Source: an uncultured delta proteobacterium (lineage in GTDB: Bacteria; Desulfobacterota; Desulfobacteria; Desulfobacterales; Desulfosalsimonadaceae). Taken from it: a DNA stretch of 64,000 bases. Positions within the stretch are counted from its first letter, which is position 1. Each line of letters opens with the position of its first letter. Of this stretch, positions 1-10,369 are shown one piece after another. The notes under the pieces are model-generated. The model was not told where the DNA came from. It did no database searches and worked only from the letters and a program-made list of their open reading frames with translations. The translations under genes and the position numbers were made by a program. The DNA lies in assembly GCA_963826785.1 (NCBI GenBank), contig CAWGYD010000003.1, positions 160,001 to 224,000 of the forward strand, in the 5' to 3' direction.

Positions 1-693
1 CATGCCGCCCCACTGGGTGCGCTGGAGGCCGCTGCCGCCGCATATGCCGGCGACATCCCGCTGATTTTAAAGCTCAACAACCATGATTCCCTCGCCCCGG
101 ACGGCACCGATCCCGTCCCCTCGGTAACCGGGTCGGTTGTCGATGCACTGCGCCTGGGGTGCGTGGCCGTTGGTTTCACCATCTACCCGGGTTCGGCCCA
201 TTTCAAGACCATGTACCAGGAAATCCGGGAAATCGGCCAGGAAGCACGGGAAAACGGACTTGCGGTGGTGATCTGGTCCTATCCCCGGGGATCGAGCCTT
301 TCCAAGGACGGGGAAACCGCCATCGACGTGGTGGCCTATGCCGCGCACCTTGCCGCCCAGCTGGGGGCCCACATCATTAAGGTGAAACTCCCCACCGACC
401 ACATCGAGCAGGACAAGGCCAAGAAAATCTACCAGGCCCAGAACATCCCCATCGACACGGTGGCCGACCGGGTCCGGCACGTGGTGCAGAGCACGTTTGC
501 CGGGAAGCGGATGGTGATCTTTTCAGGCGGATCCAAGGCGGACGAATCATCCTTCATGGACGACATCCGGGGCATCCGGGAGGGCGGCGGTTTCGGCTCC
601 ATCATCGGCCGCAACTCCTTCCAGCGCCCCAAAGATGACGCTGTCAGATTTTTGAAACAGGTAATGAAGATTTATGCAGGCTCCAGCATATAG
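1..693 (+). CDS. fbaB: Class I fructose-bisphosphate aldolase (DhnA/FbaB type), 5' end outside the window
   Basis: Frame is open from base 1 (HAAPLGALEAAAAAYAGDIPLILKLNNHDSL). Motifs AVGFTIYPGS, WSYPRG, AHIIKVKLP (Schiff-base Lys), GSIIGRNSFQR. Confidence 0.93.
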   Translation, partial: HAAPLGALEAAAAAYAGDIPLILKLNNHDSLAPDGTDPVPSVTGSVVDALRLGCVAVGFTIYPGSAHFKTMYQEIREIGQEARENGLAVVIWSYPRGSSLSKDGETAIDVVAYAAHLAAQLGAHIIKVKLPTDHIEQDKAKKIYQAQNIPIDTVADRVRHVVQSTFAGKRMVIFSGGSKADESSFMDDIRGIREGGGFGSIIGRNSFQRPKDDAVRFLKQVMKIYAGSSI

Positions 694-830
694 CCTTTGT
701 CAAAGGTGATACACGTGCGGGTGGTGAAAGAAACGGCATCCGACACCCGGTATAGCGCGACGCCGGCCATTTCTTCCAGGTTTGGCATGTTGATCAACGT
801 CATTTTCACCACCAACACCTCTGAGGGGGT
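672..830 (-). pseudogene. Possible decayed C-terminal remnant of a short-chain dehydrogenase
   Basis: LEEMAGVALYRVSDAVSFTTRTCITFDKGYM resembles the SDR C-terminal pattern PEEMAGxxLYLxSDAxSFTTGxxIxxDGG. Confidence 0.4.
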
Positions 831-844
831 TGACCAAAGGGGGG

Positions 845-924
845 CAGCCGCCATTCACACCTTTTTTGAGATGTCCGACAACGTTGGGCAACAGCCGCTC
901 CCGAGCTGCATCATCCATGACCTT
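845..924 (-). pseudogene. Inverted, internally deleted fragment of a catalase C-terminus
   Basis: [26 protein letters not shown] matches kat[23 protein letters not shown]...KGVNGG (about 5983-6145) at both DNA and protein level. Confidence 0.85.
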
Positions 925-1037
925 GATTACAACCGTCGGGCTTCAATGCTTTTAGGAATCTGGAAAACAACATACGGCTAAGGGCGGTAATGCCTTACTG
1001 GCGGTGATCTTTTCATTATACCCCCGTGCAATTTCGC

Positions 1038-1066
1038 TTGACGTATTACGAGTTGCGTAATACGTT
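1038..1066 (+). promoter_or_regulatory. higBA promoter overlapped by a palindromic operator
   Basis: TTGACG-17 bp-TACGTT. Perfect inverted repeat ACGTATTACG-N5-CGTAATACGT at 1041-1065. Confidence 0.75.
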
Positions 1067-1072
1067 GTGGAC

Positions 1073-1351
1073 ATGATTAAATCATTTGCCTGCCGTGATA
1101 CTGAAAAATTATTCAATGATCAACAGGTACGCCGTTTTCAGGCTTTCGAAAGGCAGGCACGGAAACGACTTATGGTTTTACATGCTGCTCCCAGCTTAGA
1201 TGCGCTGATGTTGAATCCAGGGAATAATTTTCACGCTCTTTCAGGGAATCGGAAAGGCCAGTGCGCTATCAGTATCAATAAACAATGGCGTGTATGTTTC
1301 GAGTGGCAAGATGGAAATGCGTACCATGTTGAAATAACCGACTATCACTGA
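1073..1351 (+). CDS. higB: HigB (RelE/ParE superfamily) toxin
   Basis: MIKSFACRDTEKLF...PGNNFHALSGNRKGQCAISINKQWRVCFEW...VEITDYH. Toxin-first gene order. Confidence 0.93.
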   Translation: MIKSFACRDTEKLFNDQQVRRFQAFERQARKRLMVLHAAPSLDALMLNPGNNFHALSGNRKGQCAISINKQWRVCFEWQDGNAYHVEITDYH

Positions 1352-1361
1352 GAGTGACCTA

Positions 1362-1700
1362 ATGAATAATAAATCCAATAACCTTGAGCCAATAAACCCG
1401 GGTGAAATCCTCCGCGAGGATTTTTTAGAGCCTTTGGGTATTAGCATAAACCAGCTTTCCAGAGATTTATCGGTTCCCCCCAACAGGATTAGTGAGATTG
1501 TAAATGGGAAACGAGCCATTACTGCCGATACGGCATTGAGACTGGAGCGTTATTTTGGAATTGAAGCCCAGTTTTGGCTGAATTTGCAGACCGAGTTTGA
1601 TCTAAGAGTGATGAAACGAAAAATCGGGGCTGATATCCAGAAGCGGATTATCCCTGCCAAGCATACGGGCGAAGGCATTCACAAAAGTGCCGGTGCATAA
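1362..1700 (+). CDS. higA: HigA antitoxin (XRE HTH)
   Basis: PINPGEILREDFLEPLGIS...RISEIVNGKRAITADTALRL...FWLNLQ. Confidence 0.93.
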   Translation: MNNKSNNLEPINPGEILREDFLEPLGISINQLSRDLSVPPNRISEIVNGKRAITADTALRLERYFGIEAQFWLNLQTEFDLRVMKRKIGADIQKRIIPAKHTGEGIHKSAGA

Positions 1701-2135
1701 TACAAAGGGGCGTGCCGTTAATTTGTGGTGGGGGCAAACTTTTATCTCTTTTATGCATGCTCCGAGAATAAACGACCTGATTGACGGGTGCACAGGATAA
1801 AGAAGGCTCGGCGTCTCGGGATAGATCAGTTCCATCCACGAATGAGATAATTTGTTCAAGTTCAAGTCCCCGGCATTGGTTCTGATAATCCTCAGCAGGC
1901 AAGGAACCGGATTCCTTGCAAGGCCATGGCCGAAGTTCGTTAGAAATTAAAGAGGTAAATGCCCTCGAATGCCACAATCCATATTGATCTGGTGATCTGG
2001 TTAATGCTTCGGGGGAATCGCATCACCGTATCAATGGGCATGAGCGCGATGATTTGCCAGCCCACTCACATTGAAATTTTCACTTGCCAGAAGGTGCACT
2101 ACCCAAAATCGTGTCACCTGTGAATCTTACAATAT

Positions 2136-2206
2136 CAGCCCTTCAGCATTCCTTAAAAAATCGGCAATCACAAGATATGGGAAGCCATACTGTCGGTCCA
2201 TAGCCG
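2136..2206. repeat. Degenerate dispersed repeat, copy 1 (others at about 8481-8623 and 15158-15219)
   Basis: CAGCCCTTCAGCATT..GCAATCACAAGAT.TGG and GTCG.TCCATAGCCG are shared with 8498-8540 and 8609-8623. Confidence 0.75.
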
Positions 2207-2233
2207 TAGTGCTGCGCGTGAAAACGGAATTTA

Positions 2234-3621
2234 TCAGCTTACTGACATCCGTATGGCTTTAAGGAGTTCATCTGATGGGGCGGCTTTGTAGATATAGGCG
2301 CAAGCGCCGGCATGTCTCATTCTTTCTTCAATTGAAGGGTCATCATGCATCGTCAAGCCGATGATGCGGTTGCGGGGGTGTTTTTTTAAGATCTCTTCCG
2401 TGGCGGCGATGCCATCCATCTTCGGCATGGTGACATCCATCAGGATCACATCCGGCGCTTTCTGATCCGTCATTTCTACTGCTTCAAGACCGTTCTCGGC
2501 CTGGGCCACTACTTCCAGATCATTATGATTTCGCAAAATCCCGACCAGTCCATGCCGCATGATGGCATGGTCGTCGGCCAGAAGAACTCTGATTTTGCCG
2601 CTTTGGTCATGGGCGGCCTGCGCGTATTCCTTCCGATTTCTTTCCAAAGGATCAATTGCAAAACCGGTGGGGAAAGTTCATGGGACAGGTTCCGGCACTT
2701 CTGGATGCTCTCGTCAACAAGGGACTCCACAGCCAATATTTTTTCTGCGGTTTTCGGATCGGCCAGTTCTTTCGGGAGCAGGCTGCCCAGTCGAAACCGA
2801 ATGGCAACAAGGTACTGCTGAAGGTCGTCATGCAGGGTCATGGCAATTCGGCGGCGCTCCAGGTCTTCGGCCCCGGAGAGTTCCAGGGCCAGCTGCCGCA
2901 GTGCCTCGGCGCGATGCTCCGCTTCGGCGGTTCGTTCGGCCACCCGGATTTCCAAGTTCTCATTCAATTGATGCATGGCTTCATTGGCATTTGCCAATTC
3001 CGCAGTACGCTGTCTTACGCGGCCTTCCAGGTTTTCTATGAGATCGCTGTTTTCAAATTTTAGTTTGAATACCATCAGGATCGCATGGCGTACTCGTTTG
3101 GCGGTCAAATACATCAGGCAGCCAAACAAAAGGGTCATTCCACCCATACCCATCCGGACAGGATCTCCAATTAGAAAAAATTTAACGATAACAGGAAATA
3201 ACGCTGGAAGACTGAAAGCCAGAAAAGCTTTCATTGAAATCGAATATGTTCCCGCTGCTCCGGCAACCATTCCGCCAGATACGAATACAATGAGGACTTG
3301 ATGGGGGAGGCTGTTTATCGGAAACAGAAAAACACCGGCGGAACCCCATAAGAGGCCTGATAAACCAATCCAAATGTTGAAGCGGAATTCATATTTACGA
3401 AATTCGGCCGTTTTATATTCCGAACGCGTGAACTTAAGAAAATGAAGATATCCAAAAGCTGCCAGGGTGACGCTTGCAGCAAACCAGATGGATAGAGCAG
3501 CTGATGGAACGACTTCCCACAAAAGAATGACAAGAATAAGGGAATTGACCAGCGAGGCGGTTAAACCGATAGGCATGTTTTTGTAAAGCTGTTTGACTTT
3601 TTCGGCGTAAAGTCTCTCCAT
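2234..3621 (-). pseudogene. Membrane sensor histidine kinase (HisKA_3) plus NarL-type receiver, HATPase domain missing
   Basis: Multi-TM N-terminus and ERRRIAMTLHDDLQQ...LSHELSPPVLQ, then an out-of-frame receiver (IRVLLADDH, DVILMDVTMPKMDG, 2234-2647). No N/G1/G2 boxes. Confidence 0.75.
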
Positions 3622-4199
3622 TTAGGATTTATTCCTTTCACTCAGGAATAAACACACCGAATTGAATTAAATCCAGTCGAAAGAACCCAAAAACAGCCTA
3701 AGTAATTTATGTAACAATGAATATTTATGAGGGCCAGTTTTTTTAAAAAAAAGCATAAGCAACAGGTTAAAAAAGCGGGCAATTCTTGCCAGCCCCGGCA
3801 GCAATCCTGCCTTTCCTTTCACTCCCACTGAGCACATGGATTGGCAATCTTTCACCTGCCAAAAGCCGAATTACTGCCAAGCCATAGCTGTAATCTGTTT
3901 TGCCAACAATTTATCTTTGGTGCTCTGCTCGAATGACATGATTAAATCTGATGCCGTTATCAGACATTGTGAAGGGCTTCAAAAGGTCTAATCTAAATGG
4001 ATTGATTCTCATAAAATCTGGGCTGTTTCCTCCATGGCATTTAATCCGACTTCAATTCCTCAGAGAGCTTATCATCATAGCACCTTAATGCCTTCACAAT
4101 CAGGTGCTTAATCAATATGAATAAAGAATTTTTGACAGCCAAATAATAAGGGTTATTAATTAGTGTTAGATATCAACTTGAAACCAGATAATTTCCAGA

Positions 4200-4652
4200 A
4201 TGGCCCACTCCAAGAAGCGATTTGACACCATCATTGAGAAGCTGAGGGCAAACGATCACAAGATCACCCCCCAGCGAATTGCGATTGCCGAAATCCTGGC
4301 AGACAGCAAGGGGCACCCCGGTGTGGAAAGCATATACGAGCAGCTGAAAAACAAATTTCCCACCATGAGCCTGGCCACGGTCTACCGGAATGTTTTGCTG
4401 ATTAAATCGCTGGGTGAAGTTCTGGAACTGGGTTTTCCCAATGGATGCAACCGGTATGACGGCAACAGGCCATTTCCGCATCCTCATGTCATCTGTATCC
4501 GGTGCCAGAAAATCATCGACCCGAATCTCGATTCGCTCAAGGATATGACCGCGGAAGTGGCCGATGAAACCGGATTCGATATACTGGCCCATCGCTTGGA
4601 CTTTTTCGGTATTTGCGGAGAGTGCAGAAAAGTCAGGGTAGAAGCAAAATAA
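4200..4652 (+). CDS. perR: Fur/PerR family transcriptional repressor
   Basis: [27 protein letters not shown] and CGEC Zn sites. Directly upstream of catalase. Confidence 0.85.
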   Translation: MAHSKKRFDTIIEKLRANDHKITPQRIAIAEILADSKGHPGVESIYEQLKNKFPTMSLATVYRNVLLIKSLGEVLELGFPNGCNRYDGNRPFPHPHVICIRCQKIIDPNLDSLKDMTAEVADETGFDILAHRLDFFGICGECRKVRVEAK

Positions 4653-4690
4653 GGAGAACCATGAGTAAGGAAATTCAAAGGAGGCAAAAC

Positions 4691-6145
4691 ATGAAAGACA
4701 GTGACCGCAAACATACCACCAATGATGCGGGAATCCCCGTATCCAGTGATGAGTATTCTCTCACCGTGGGACCGGACGGCCCCATTCTGCTGCAGGACCA
4801 TTATCTCATTGAACAAATGGCCAACTTCAACCGGGAGCGGATTGCCGAACGCCAGCCCCACGCCAAGGGTTCCGGGGCCTTCGGGCACTTCGAGGTGACC
4901 GGCGATGTCAGTGCTTACACCAAGGCGGCGGTATTCCAGCCGGGGACCAAAACCGATACCCTGATCCGGTTTTCCACCGTGGCCGGCGAGCGCGGCAGCC
5001 CCGATACCTGGCGGGACCCGCGCGGATTCGCCTTGAAGTTCTACACCAGCGAGGGCAACTATGACCTGGTGGGAAACAACACGCCCATCTTCTTCGTGCG
5101 CGACCCCATGAAGTTCCAGCACTTTATCCGGTCCCAGAAGCGGCGTGCGGACAGCGGACTGCGGGACCATGACATGCAATGGGATTTCTGGACCCTGTCC
5201 CCTGAATCGGCGCACCAGGTCACCATCCTGATGGGAGACCGCGGCATCCCAAAGAACTGGCGGCACATGAACGGCTACGGAAGTCATACCTTCATGTGGG
5301 TCAATGTAGCCGGCGAAAAATTCTGGGTGAAATATCATTTTATCACCGATCAGGGGAACGATTTTCTCACCCAGGAAGATGCAGACCGGATCGCCGGAGA
5401 GGATGCAGACTATCACCGCCGGGATCTGTTTGAGTCGATCAAGCGGGAAGATTACCCCAGCTGGACGCTGAAGGTGCAGATCATGCCATTTGCAGAGGCT
5501 GAAACTTACCGGTTCAATCCCTTTGATTTAACCAAGGTCTGGCCCCACGGTGACTATCCGCTGCACGAGGTCGGCCGGCTGACGCTGACCCGCAACCCGA
5601 CCGATTTCCACACCGAAATCGAGCAGGCGGCGTTTGAACCCAATTCCTTTGTACCCGGCATCGGTCCCAGCCCCGACAAAATGCTGCTGGGCCGACTTTT
5701 TTCCTATGCGGACGCCCACCGCTCCCGCCTGGGAGTCAATTACAAGCAGATTCCGGTCAACCGGCCAAAGGCCCCGGTGCACAGCTACAGCAAGGATGGC
5801 GCAATGCGGGTCATGAACGTCTCCGATCCGGTGTACGCGCCCAATTCCAAGGGCGGCCCCCAGGCGGACGGGGATCGCTATCCTGAGGTGGCCACCTGGA
5901 ATGCCAGCGGTGAATTCATCCGATCAGCTTACACCAAGCGCAAGGATGATGATGACTTCGTCCAGCCCCGGGCGCTGATCCGCAAGGTCATGGATGATGG
6001 GGCACGCGACCGGCTGGTGTCCAATGTTGTCGGACACCTCAAAAAAGGGGTAACCGAGCCCGTATTGCAGCGGGCATTTCAATATTGGCGCAACATTGAC
6101 GAGGAAATCGGCGATCGCATCGAAAAAGGGGTGAACGGCGGCTGA
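4691..6145 (+). CDS. katA: Monofunctional small-subunit heme catalase
   Basis: [67 protein letters not shown] upstream. Confidence 0.96.
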   Translation: MKDSDRKHTTNDAGIPVSSDEYSLTVGPDGPILLQDHYLIEQMANFNRERIAERQPHAKGSGAFGHFEVTGDVSAYTKAAVFQPGTKTDTLIRFSTVAGERGSPDTWRDPRGFALKFYTSEGNYDLVGNNTPIFFVRDPMKFQHFIRSQKRRADSGLRDHDMQWDFWTLSPESAHQVTILMGDRGIPKNWRHMNGYGSHTFMWVNVAGEKFWVKYHFITDQGNDFLTQEDADRIAGEDADYHRRDLFESIKREDYPSWTLKVQIMPFAEAETYRFNPFDLTKVWPHGDYPLHEVGRLTLTRNPTDFHTEIEQAAFEPNSFVPGIGPSPDKMLLGRLFSYADAHRSRLGVNYKQIPVNRPKAPVHSYSKDGAMRVMNVSDPVYAPNSKGGPQADGDRYPEVATWNASGEFIRSAYTKRKDDDDFVQPRALIRKVMDDGARDRLVSNVVGHLKKGVTEPVLQRAFQYWRNIDEEIGDRIEKGVNGG

Positions 6146-6165
6146 CAATTTATCGCCCCTGGCGT

Positions 6166-6205
6166 AAAAAGCCCCACATGGCCTCATTTGGCTGTGGGGC
6201 TTTTT
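6166..6205. terminator. Intrinsic, possibly bidirectional terminator after katA
   Basis: AAAAAGCCCCACA...TGTGGGGCTTTTT. Confidence 0.85.
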
Positions 6206-6415
6206 GGGCTTTGAGTGGAGTGATGGTGCGCCCTACTCTTCCCCAGCGAACTTGAAATTATCGATTTTGGTGCGATGAAATCGTAAAGGAAGCGGTGGCG
6301 GAATCCGGCATCGGTGCATCCATGGAAAAAATGAGCGACATGATGGAGAATACCATCTCGACTCTGATCTGAAATAATAAATACCGGTGATTCACGATGC
6401 GGAAAGGACAAGGGC

Positions 6416-6974
6416 ATGTTTTCCGGTGATAAGCCAAAAATATTGATTATCGGGGGCTCCGATGCCGGCATAAGCGCAGCTTTGCGAGCTCGGGAAGTCA
6501 ATCCAGATGCCGAGGTCATGATAACGCTCAAGGACGCATACCCCAATTTCAGCATTTGCGGTCTCCCTTTTCTGATCAGCGGCGAGGTTGAAAATTGGCG
6601 CAACCTGGCCCATCGGACGATTGGTGAAATTGAACAATCCGGATTCAGATGCAAGGGACTGTGGGTTTGATCCGCTGACCATCCAGATGGAAACGCCGGA
6701 TCATAAGGCATATTACCCGGGTGCTGAACCGATCCACATCCGCCTCACCGGGGACAAGGCGACAAAAAGACTGCTCGGAGTTCAATTGATCGGACGCTAT
6801 GGCGCAGAAATTTCAAAACGGATCGATGTCATTGCGGCGGCTTTGTATTCTGGGTTATCCGTTGCGGATCTGACGAATCTGGACCTCTCATATACACCGC
6901 CACTTTCATCACCGTATGACCCGCTTCAGACAGCGGCTTTTGAATGGCTGAAGAACAATTTAGAAACTTATTAA
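6416..6974 (+). pseudogene. CoA-disulfide reductase / NADH oxidase family flavoprotein with a large internal deletion
   Basis: N-terminus IIGGSDAGISAALRA...FSICGLPF is joined out of frame near 6640 to the C-terminal dimerisation domain (AYYPGA...LDLSYTPPLSSPYDP). The central NAD-binding domain is absent. Confidence 0.85.
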
Positions 6975-6987
6975 AGCAGGAGGAATT

Positions 6988-7161
6988 TATATCGGCAAGC
7001 AGATCAATTCCCGGTATGCCACCATTTTGGCTGCCATGGCCTACACCCTCGGCCGGACCCTGTCTTATATGATCATCAGCATCCTCATCATTGCCGGGCT
7101 GATCTCCATTCCGGGTGTGGCCCGGTTTCTCGGGCTTGGCACTGCGGCCTGGATGCGATGA
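6988..7161 (+). pseudogene. Fragment of an ArsG/TauE-like membrane permease
   Basis: Read manually: YIGKQINSRYATILAAMAYTLGRTLSYMIISILIIAGLISIPGVARFL, with no start codon. YTLGR is typical of this family (recall). Confidence 0.55.
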
Positions 7162-7369
7162 CTCAATCGAAAACGGAGAAGTACGTTAAGTTGAACGCTC
7201 AGCGGACTTTTGCGGTGCTCCGTTGTCCGCCCATGCACGAATTACCGTATGTTGAACCAGTCATTTTCATGTTCTTCCCCGTAATTTGCCTTGGCTGAAA
7301 TCAAAATCGCCCAGCAGATTCTCCATCCGGCCCTTCACCGAGAATTGCTGCCCATATACATTGTTTAAC

Positions 7370-7409
7370 TTGACAACTGCGCAAACGGTGTATAATCCTG
7401 GTGTATACA
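7370..7409 (+). promoter_or_regulatory. vapBC promoter/operator
   Basis: TTGACA at 7370 and TATAAT at 7391 (short 15-bp spacer). GGTGTATA direct repeat and TGTATACA palindrome. Confidence 0.6.
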
Positions 7410-7425
7410 TTATATGAGGTGCAAT

Positions 7426-7659
7426 ATGATACGAACACAAATATATTTAACAGAACAACAACGGAATGAACTGGCTACCATAGCTAAATCATTCGGAAAA
7501 AAGCAGAGCGAGCTCATTCGGGAGGCAATCGATCGGCTCATCGAACAAACTGGAAAGAACCATAGAGAACTGGTCCTTCGAGAGGTAGCCGGAATCTGGA
7601 AAGATCGAGCTGATCTCCCTGATTTCAAGTCAATTCGTGCCGAATGGGATAGGACATAA
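7426..7659 (+). CDS. vapB: RHH/CopG-family antitoxin (VapB-like)
   Basis: MIRTQIYLTE...SELIREAIDRL...AGIWKDR. Sits directly upstream of a PIN toxin. Confidence 0.85.
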   Translation: MIRTQIYLTEQQRNELATIAKSFGKKQSELIREAIDRLIEQTGKNHRELVLREVAGIWKDRADLPDFKSIRAEWDRT

Positions 7660-7660
7660 T

Positions 7661-8044
7661 ATGGCGAAGCCGATTCTTCTTGATACGGATGTTCTCGTTG
7701 ATTTTTTCAGAGGATACAGCGAGGCAGCGGCTTTCGTTAACACATACAATGATCGCATTATCCTGTCATCAATTGTTGTTGCTGAGTTGTTTGCCGGTGT
7801 AAAAGGAGATAGGGAACAGGCTGCTTTGCAGGACTTTATCTCCCTCTTCCGTGTTGTTCCTGTAGATACCGAGATCGGGAAAGCCGGAGGCCTTTATAGA
7901 CGAGATTATGGTAAGTCACATGGCGTTGGTCTTGCGGATGCCATTTTGGCTGCAACTGCGGTAGCCGAAAACGCAGAGCTAAAAACACTCAACACAAAGC
8001 ACTATCCCATGCTAAAAGGCCTCAGACCAGCCTACCAAAAATAG
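7661..8044 (+). CDS. vapC: VapC PIN-domain toxin
   Basis: ILLDTDVLVD, SSIVVAELFAG, LADAILAATA, TLNTKHYP. Confidence 0.92.
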   Translation: MAKPILLDTDVLVDFFRGYSEAAAFVNTYNDRIILSSIVVAELFAGVKGDREQAALQDFISLFRVVPVDTEIGKAGGLYRRDYGKSHGVGLADAILAATAVAENAELKTLNTKHYPMLKGLRPAYQK

Positions 8045-8046
8045 TT

Positions 8047-8119
8047 GGCCAACAATGCCATGCACACGGGCAGGAATTCCGCTGCGCTCCATTCCCGCCG
8101 GTGATGGCCGCCGTTACAA
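8047..8119 (+). mobile_element. Integron attC recombination site
   Basis: R'' GGCCAAC starts just after the vapC stop and R' is GTTACAA. L boxes CATGCAC/GTGATG have an extrahelical G. Inner stem CGGGCAGGAAT/ATTCCCGCCG. Confidence 0.85.
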
Positions 8120-8130
8120 AGAGGAAAAAA

Positions 8131-8331
8131 ATGAAGACAATCTTCATAACCATAATTTGTGCGGCGGCTTTCATGATGAGTCCGACCATTTACGCCGGAA
8201 CCAAGTCACTCATCGTGATTGCCGTTCCAAAGGCCATGCTTGAGCATAAAACCACCTCAAAGAAAATGACTCGGACAGCTTCTTCGGTCGTAGCCGTTGA
8301 TTGGCGGCGTTCAACATTGATGAACCCGTAA
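8131..8331 (+). pseudogene. Start of a second gene cassette (signal peptide), apparently truncated
   Basis: RBS GAGG immediately after attC R', then MKTIFITIICAAAFMMSPTIYA. The remainder is not convincing. Confidence 0.45.
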
Positions 8332-8450
8332 AAAGTCCAAAGTTCGTCACTCCGGTGAAAACCGGAGTCTATAACCAACTTAGTTTGTAGTAGATTCCGG
8401 CCTCCGCCGGAATGACGAAAGCGTAAAATCCGACTTTTTACGGCTTCATC
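8319..8450. mobile_element. MITE-like element with terminal inverted repeats, internal REP-like hairpins and a target duplication
   Basis: GATGAACCCGTAAAAAGTC...GACTTTTTACGGCTTCATC flanked by AACATT on both sides. Internal GTCACTCCGG..CCGGAGTC and ATTCCGGC..GCCGGAATGAC. Confidence 0.8.
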
Positions 8451-8480
8451 AACATTCTTCACCACCAAAACCATCCTTCC

Positions 8481-8623
8481 AGTGCACCATGCAATGGCAG
8501 CCCTTCAGCATTTCTGAAAATTAGCAATCACAAGATGTGGAAAACCCCAGAATTGCAGAATTGCTGACGAGTCTTATCGGATAGTGCGCGCCGTATGCCA
8601 GCAATTCGGTCGATCCATAGCCG
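8481..8623. repeat. Degenerate dispersed repeat, copy 2
   Basis: Similar to 2136-2206 and 15158-15219. Confidence 0.75.
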
Positions 8624-8684
8624 GAATGTGCAATCTCACTTGGCACAAGGGCCTCCTATGTCCATAAAAAATTTAACATCTTAA

Positions 8685-8747
8685 TTGACAAATATAGGCT
8701 CAAACGTTAACTTATAAAAAAATAACAATGTTAATTTAACAGTGTAA
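8685..8747 (+). promoter_or_regulatory. Promoter with tandem palindromic putative TetR operators
   Basis: TTGACA at 8685, TAACAATGTTA at 8723-8733, TTAACAGTGTAA at 8736-8747. Confidence 0.55.
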
Positions 8748-8762
8748 TATTATAAACTGAGA

Positions 8763-9429
8763 ATGCCGAAAGCACAAAGAACAGCGAAAGAAATTGAGGC
8801 GGCAAAGGCTGAGATCCTACAAGCCACAGTCAAGCTGATCGTCGATATCGGCTATGATGATTTCAGCATGCGGAAACTGGCCAGAACCCTCGGGATGACG
8901 GCAACGACCATCTACAATTATTACACAAACAAGGACGATCTCTACCTGCACCTGCTGATCCGGGGATTTGACGCCTTGACTGCCAGGCTGGCCGAGACTC
9001 GCCGGCAGCAGGCTACCCCCGAGCTGCAGCTTTCCGCCATGATCCGCGCCTATACCGATTTCGGACTGGAGCAGGCCAATTTCTACAACCTGATGTATTC
9101 CTGGCACGTGCCCAAGTACAACGACTACGTGGGGACCCCGATACAGCAGGTGGCCGACCTGCAGCTTGAAGCGGCCATGAAGGTTCCGGCAACCTTTTTT
9201 GAAACCATCCGTGCTTACGCAGAAGAACGGGGCAAGGCGATCTGACGACGCAAATGTCTGGTTTTTGCTGATCCATTACTGGAGCCAGCTGCACGGGTTT
9301 ATCGCCGGGTGCAACAACACCAATCTATACTACATTCACCCGGACCCGGTTTCGCTCAAAGACAAGCATCTGGAATTTCTTGCGGCACATTTCATGGAGG
9401 ATATTTCAAAATTGACGGCTCGTAAATAA
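8763..9429 (+). CDS. TetR/AcrR family regulator (frameshift near 9240)
   Basis: FSMRKLARTLGMTATTIYNYYTNKDDL HTH. The C-terminus (YWSQLHGFI) continues in ORF 9199-9429. Confidence 0.85.
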
Positions 9430-9494
9430 CTGTTCGCGCGCCTCGATCTTGAACTTTTTCTTTACCGTTCAAAAACGAACAAGGGAGGACCACC

Positions 9495-10369
9495 ATGAAA
9501 AACGACTTTTTCAATGTCCCCCGGACCTGTAACACCACCTCCTGCACCCGCACCGCAGGTGCCGATGTTCTTCTACCGGATCGGGCTCCGGGTCCTGAAC
9601 TATTTCGTCGATTACGATCGGGTGCTGCCGATCCTGAAAGGGACCGGGCTGGCACCGGTGCGGTTTTTCAACGGCAAGGCGGTCGCCTCCCTCACCTTTT
9701 TCAACTACCGGGAGGTGACCATCGGGGCCTATGACGAAGTGGTCGTCTCCGCCATCGTCTACCCGGAAGCTCTGGGCCCGCCGCCCATGCCGTTTTCTCA
9801 ACTCCTGTTCGTCAAGAACGGATACCGGTGGAAGAACATGGGAATGTATGTCATCGAAATGCCGGTAACGATTCCGGCCGCCCGGGCCGCGGGGCGTGAA
9901 ATCTGGGGGTTTCCGAAGGTAGCCTCACGGAGAATCCCGTATGAACTTTCCGGCAACCGGTTTACTTTCAGCGTCATGGACCCGGAGGGCAATGAGCCGA
10001 TCGTGTCGGTCCGCGGGGAGACGGGGCCGGGGTTTTCCGCAAAGGGATTCGACCTGGTGGCTTTCACGAATTACGAGGACACCATTTTCAAGGTGGTCAC
10101 CGAGGTGTCCGGAAAGGTGAAAAATTGCACCTGCCGCCATTGTGAAGTAACGGTCGGCCCGGGCGATCACCGGATGGCGGAAAATATCCGCACCCTGGGA
10201 CTCGATGCCGCAAAGCCGTTTGCTGTCATGAGCGCAGATGACGTGAAGACGAAGCTCAATCCCGGAAAACCGGTGGCGGAATGGAAATCCCCCCCGCTTC
10301 CGTACGCCTATGAACAGGAGGTCCGGTTCTATGAAAAACAGCGTGCGCTTCTCGGGAGAAGGCATATGA
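9495..10369 (+). CDS. Acetoacetate decarboxylase-like family protein (frameshift near 9545; fusion to the next gene probably an indel artefact)
   Basis: RBS GGAGG plus MKNDFFNVPR. FFNYREVTIGAYDEV and AGREIWGFPK (Schiff-base Lys motif). Confidence 0.8.

Noticed and set aside
1695..1730. attC sites after higA or after the RelE/ParE toxin (near 12213)
   Set aside because: No RYYYAAC...GTTRRRY pair with L-box symmetry was found at either place.
8640..8656. TGGCAC as a sigma54 promoter for tetR
   Set aside because: There is no TTGC at the -12 position.
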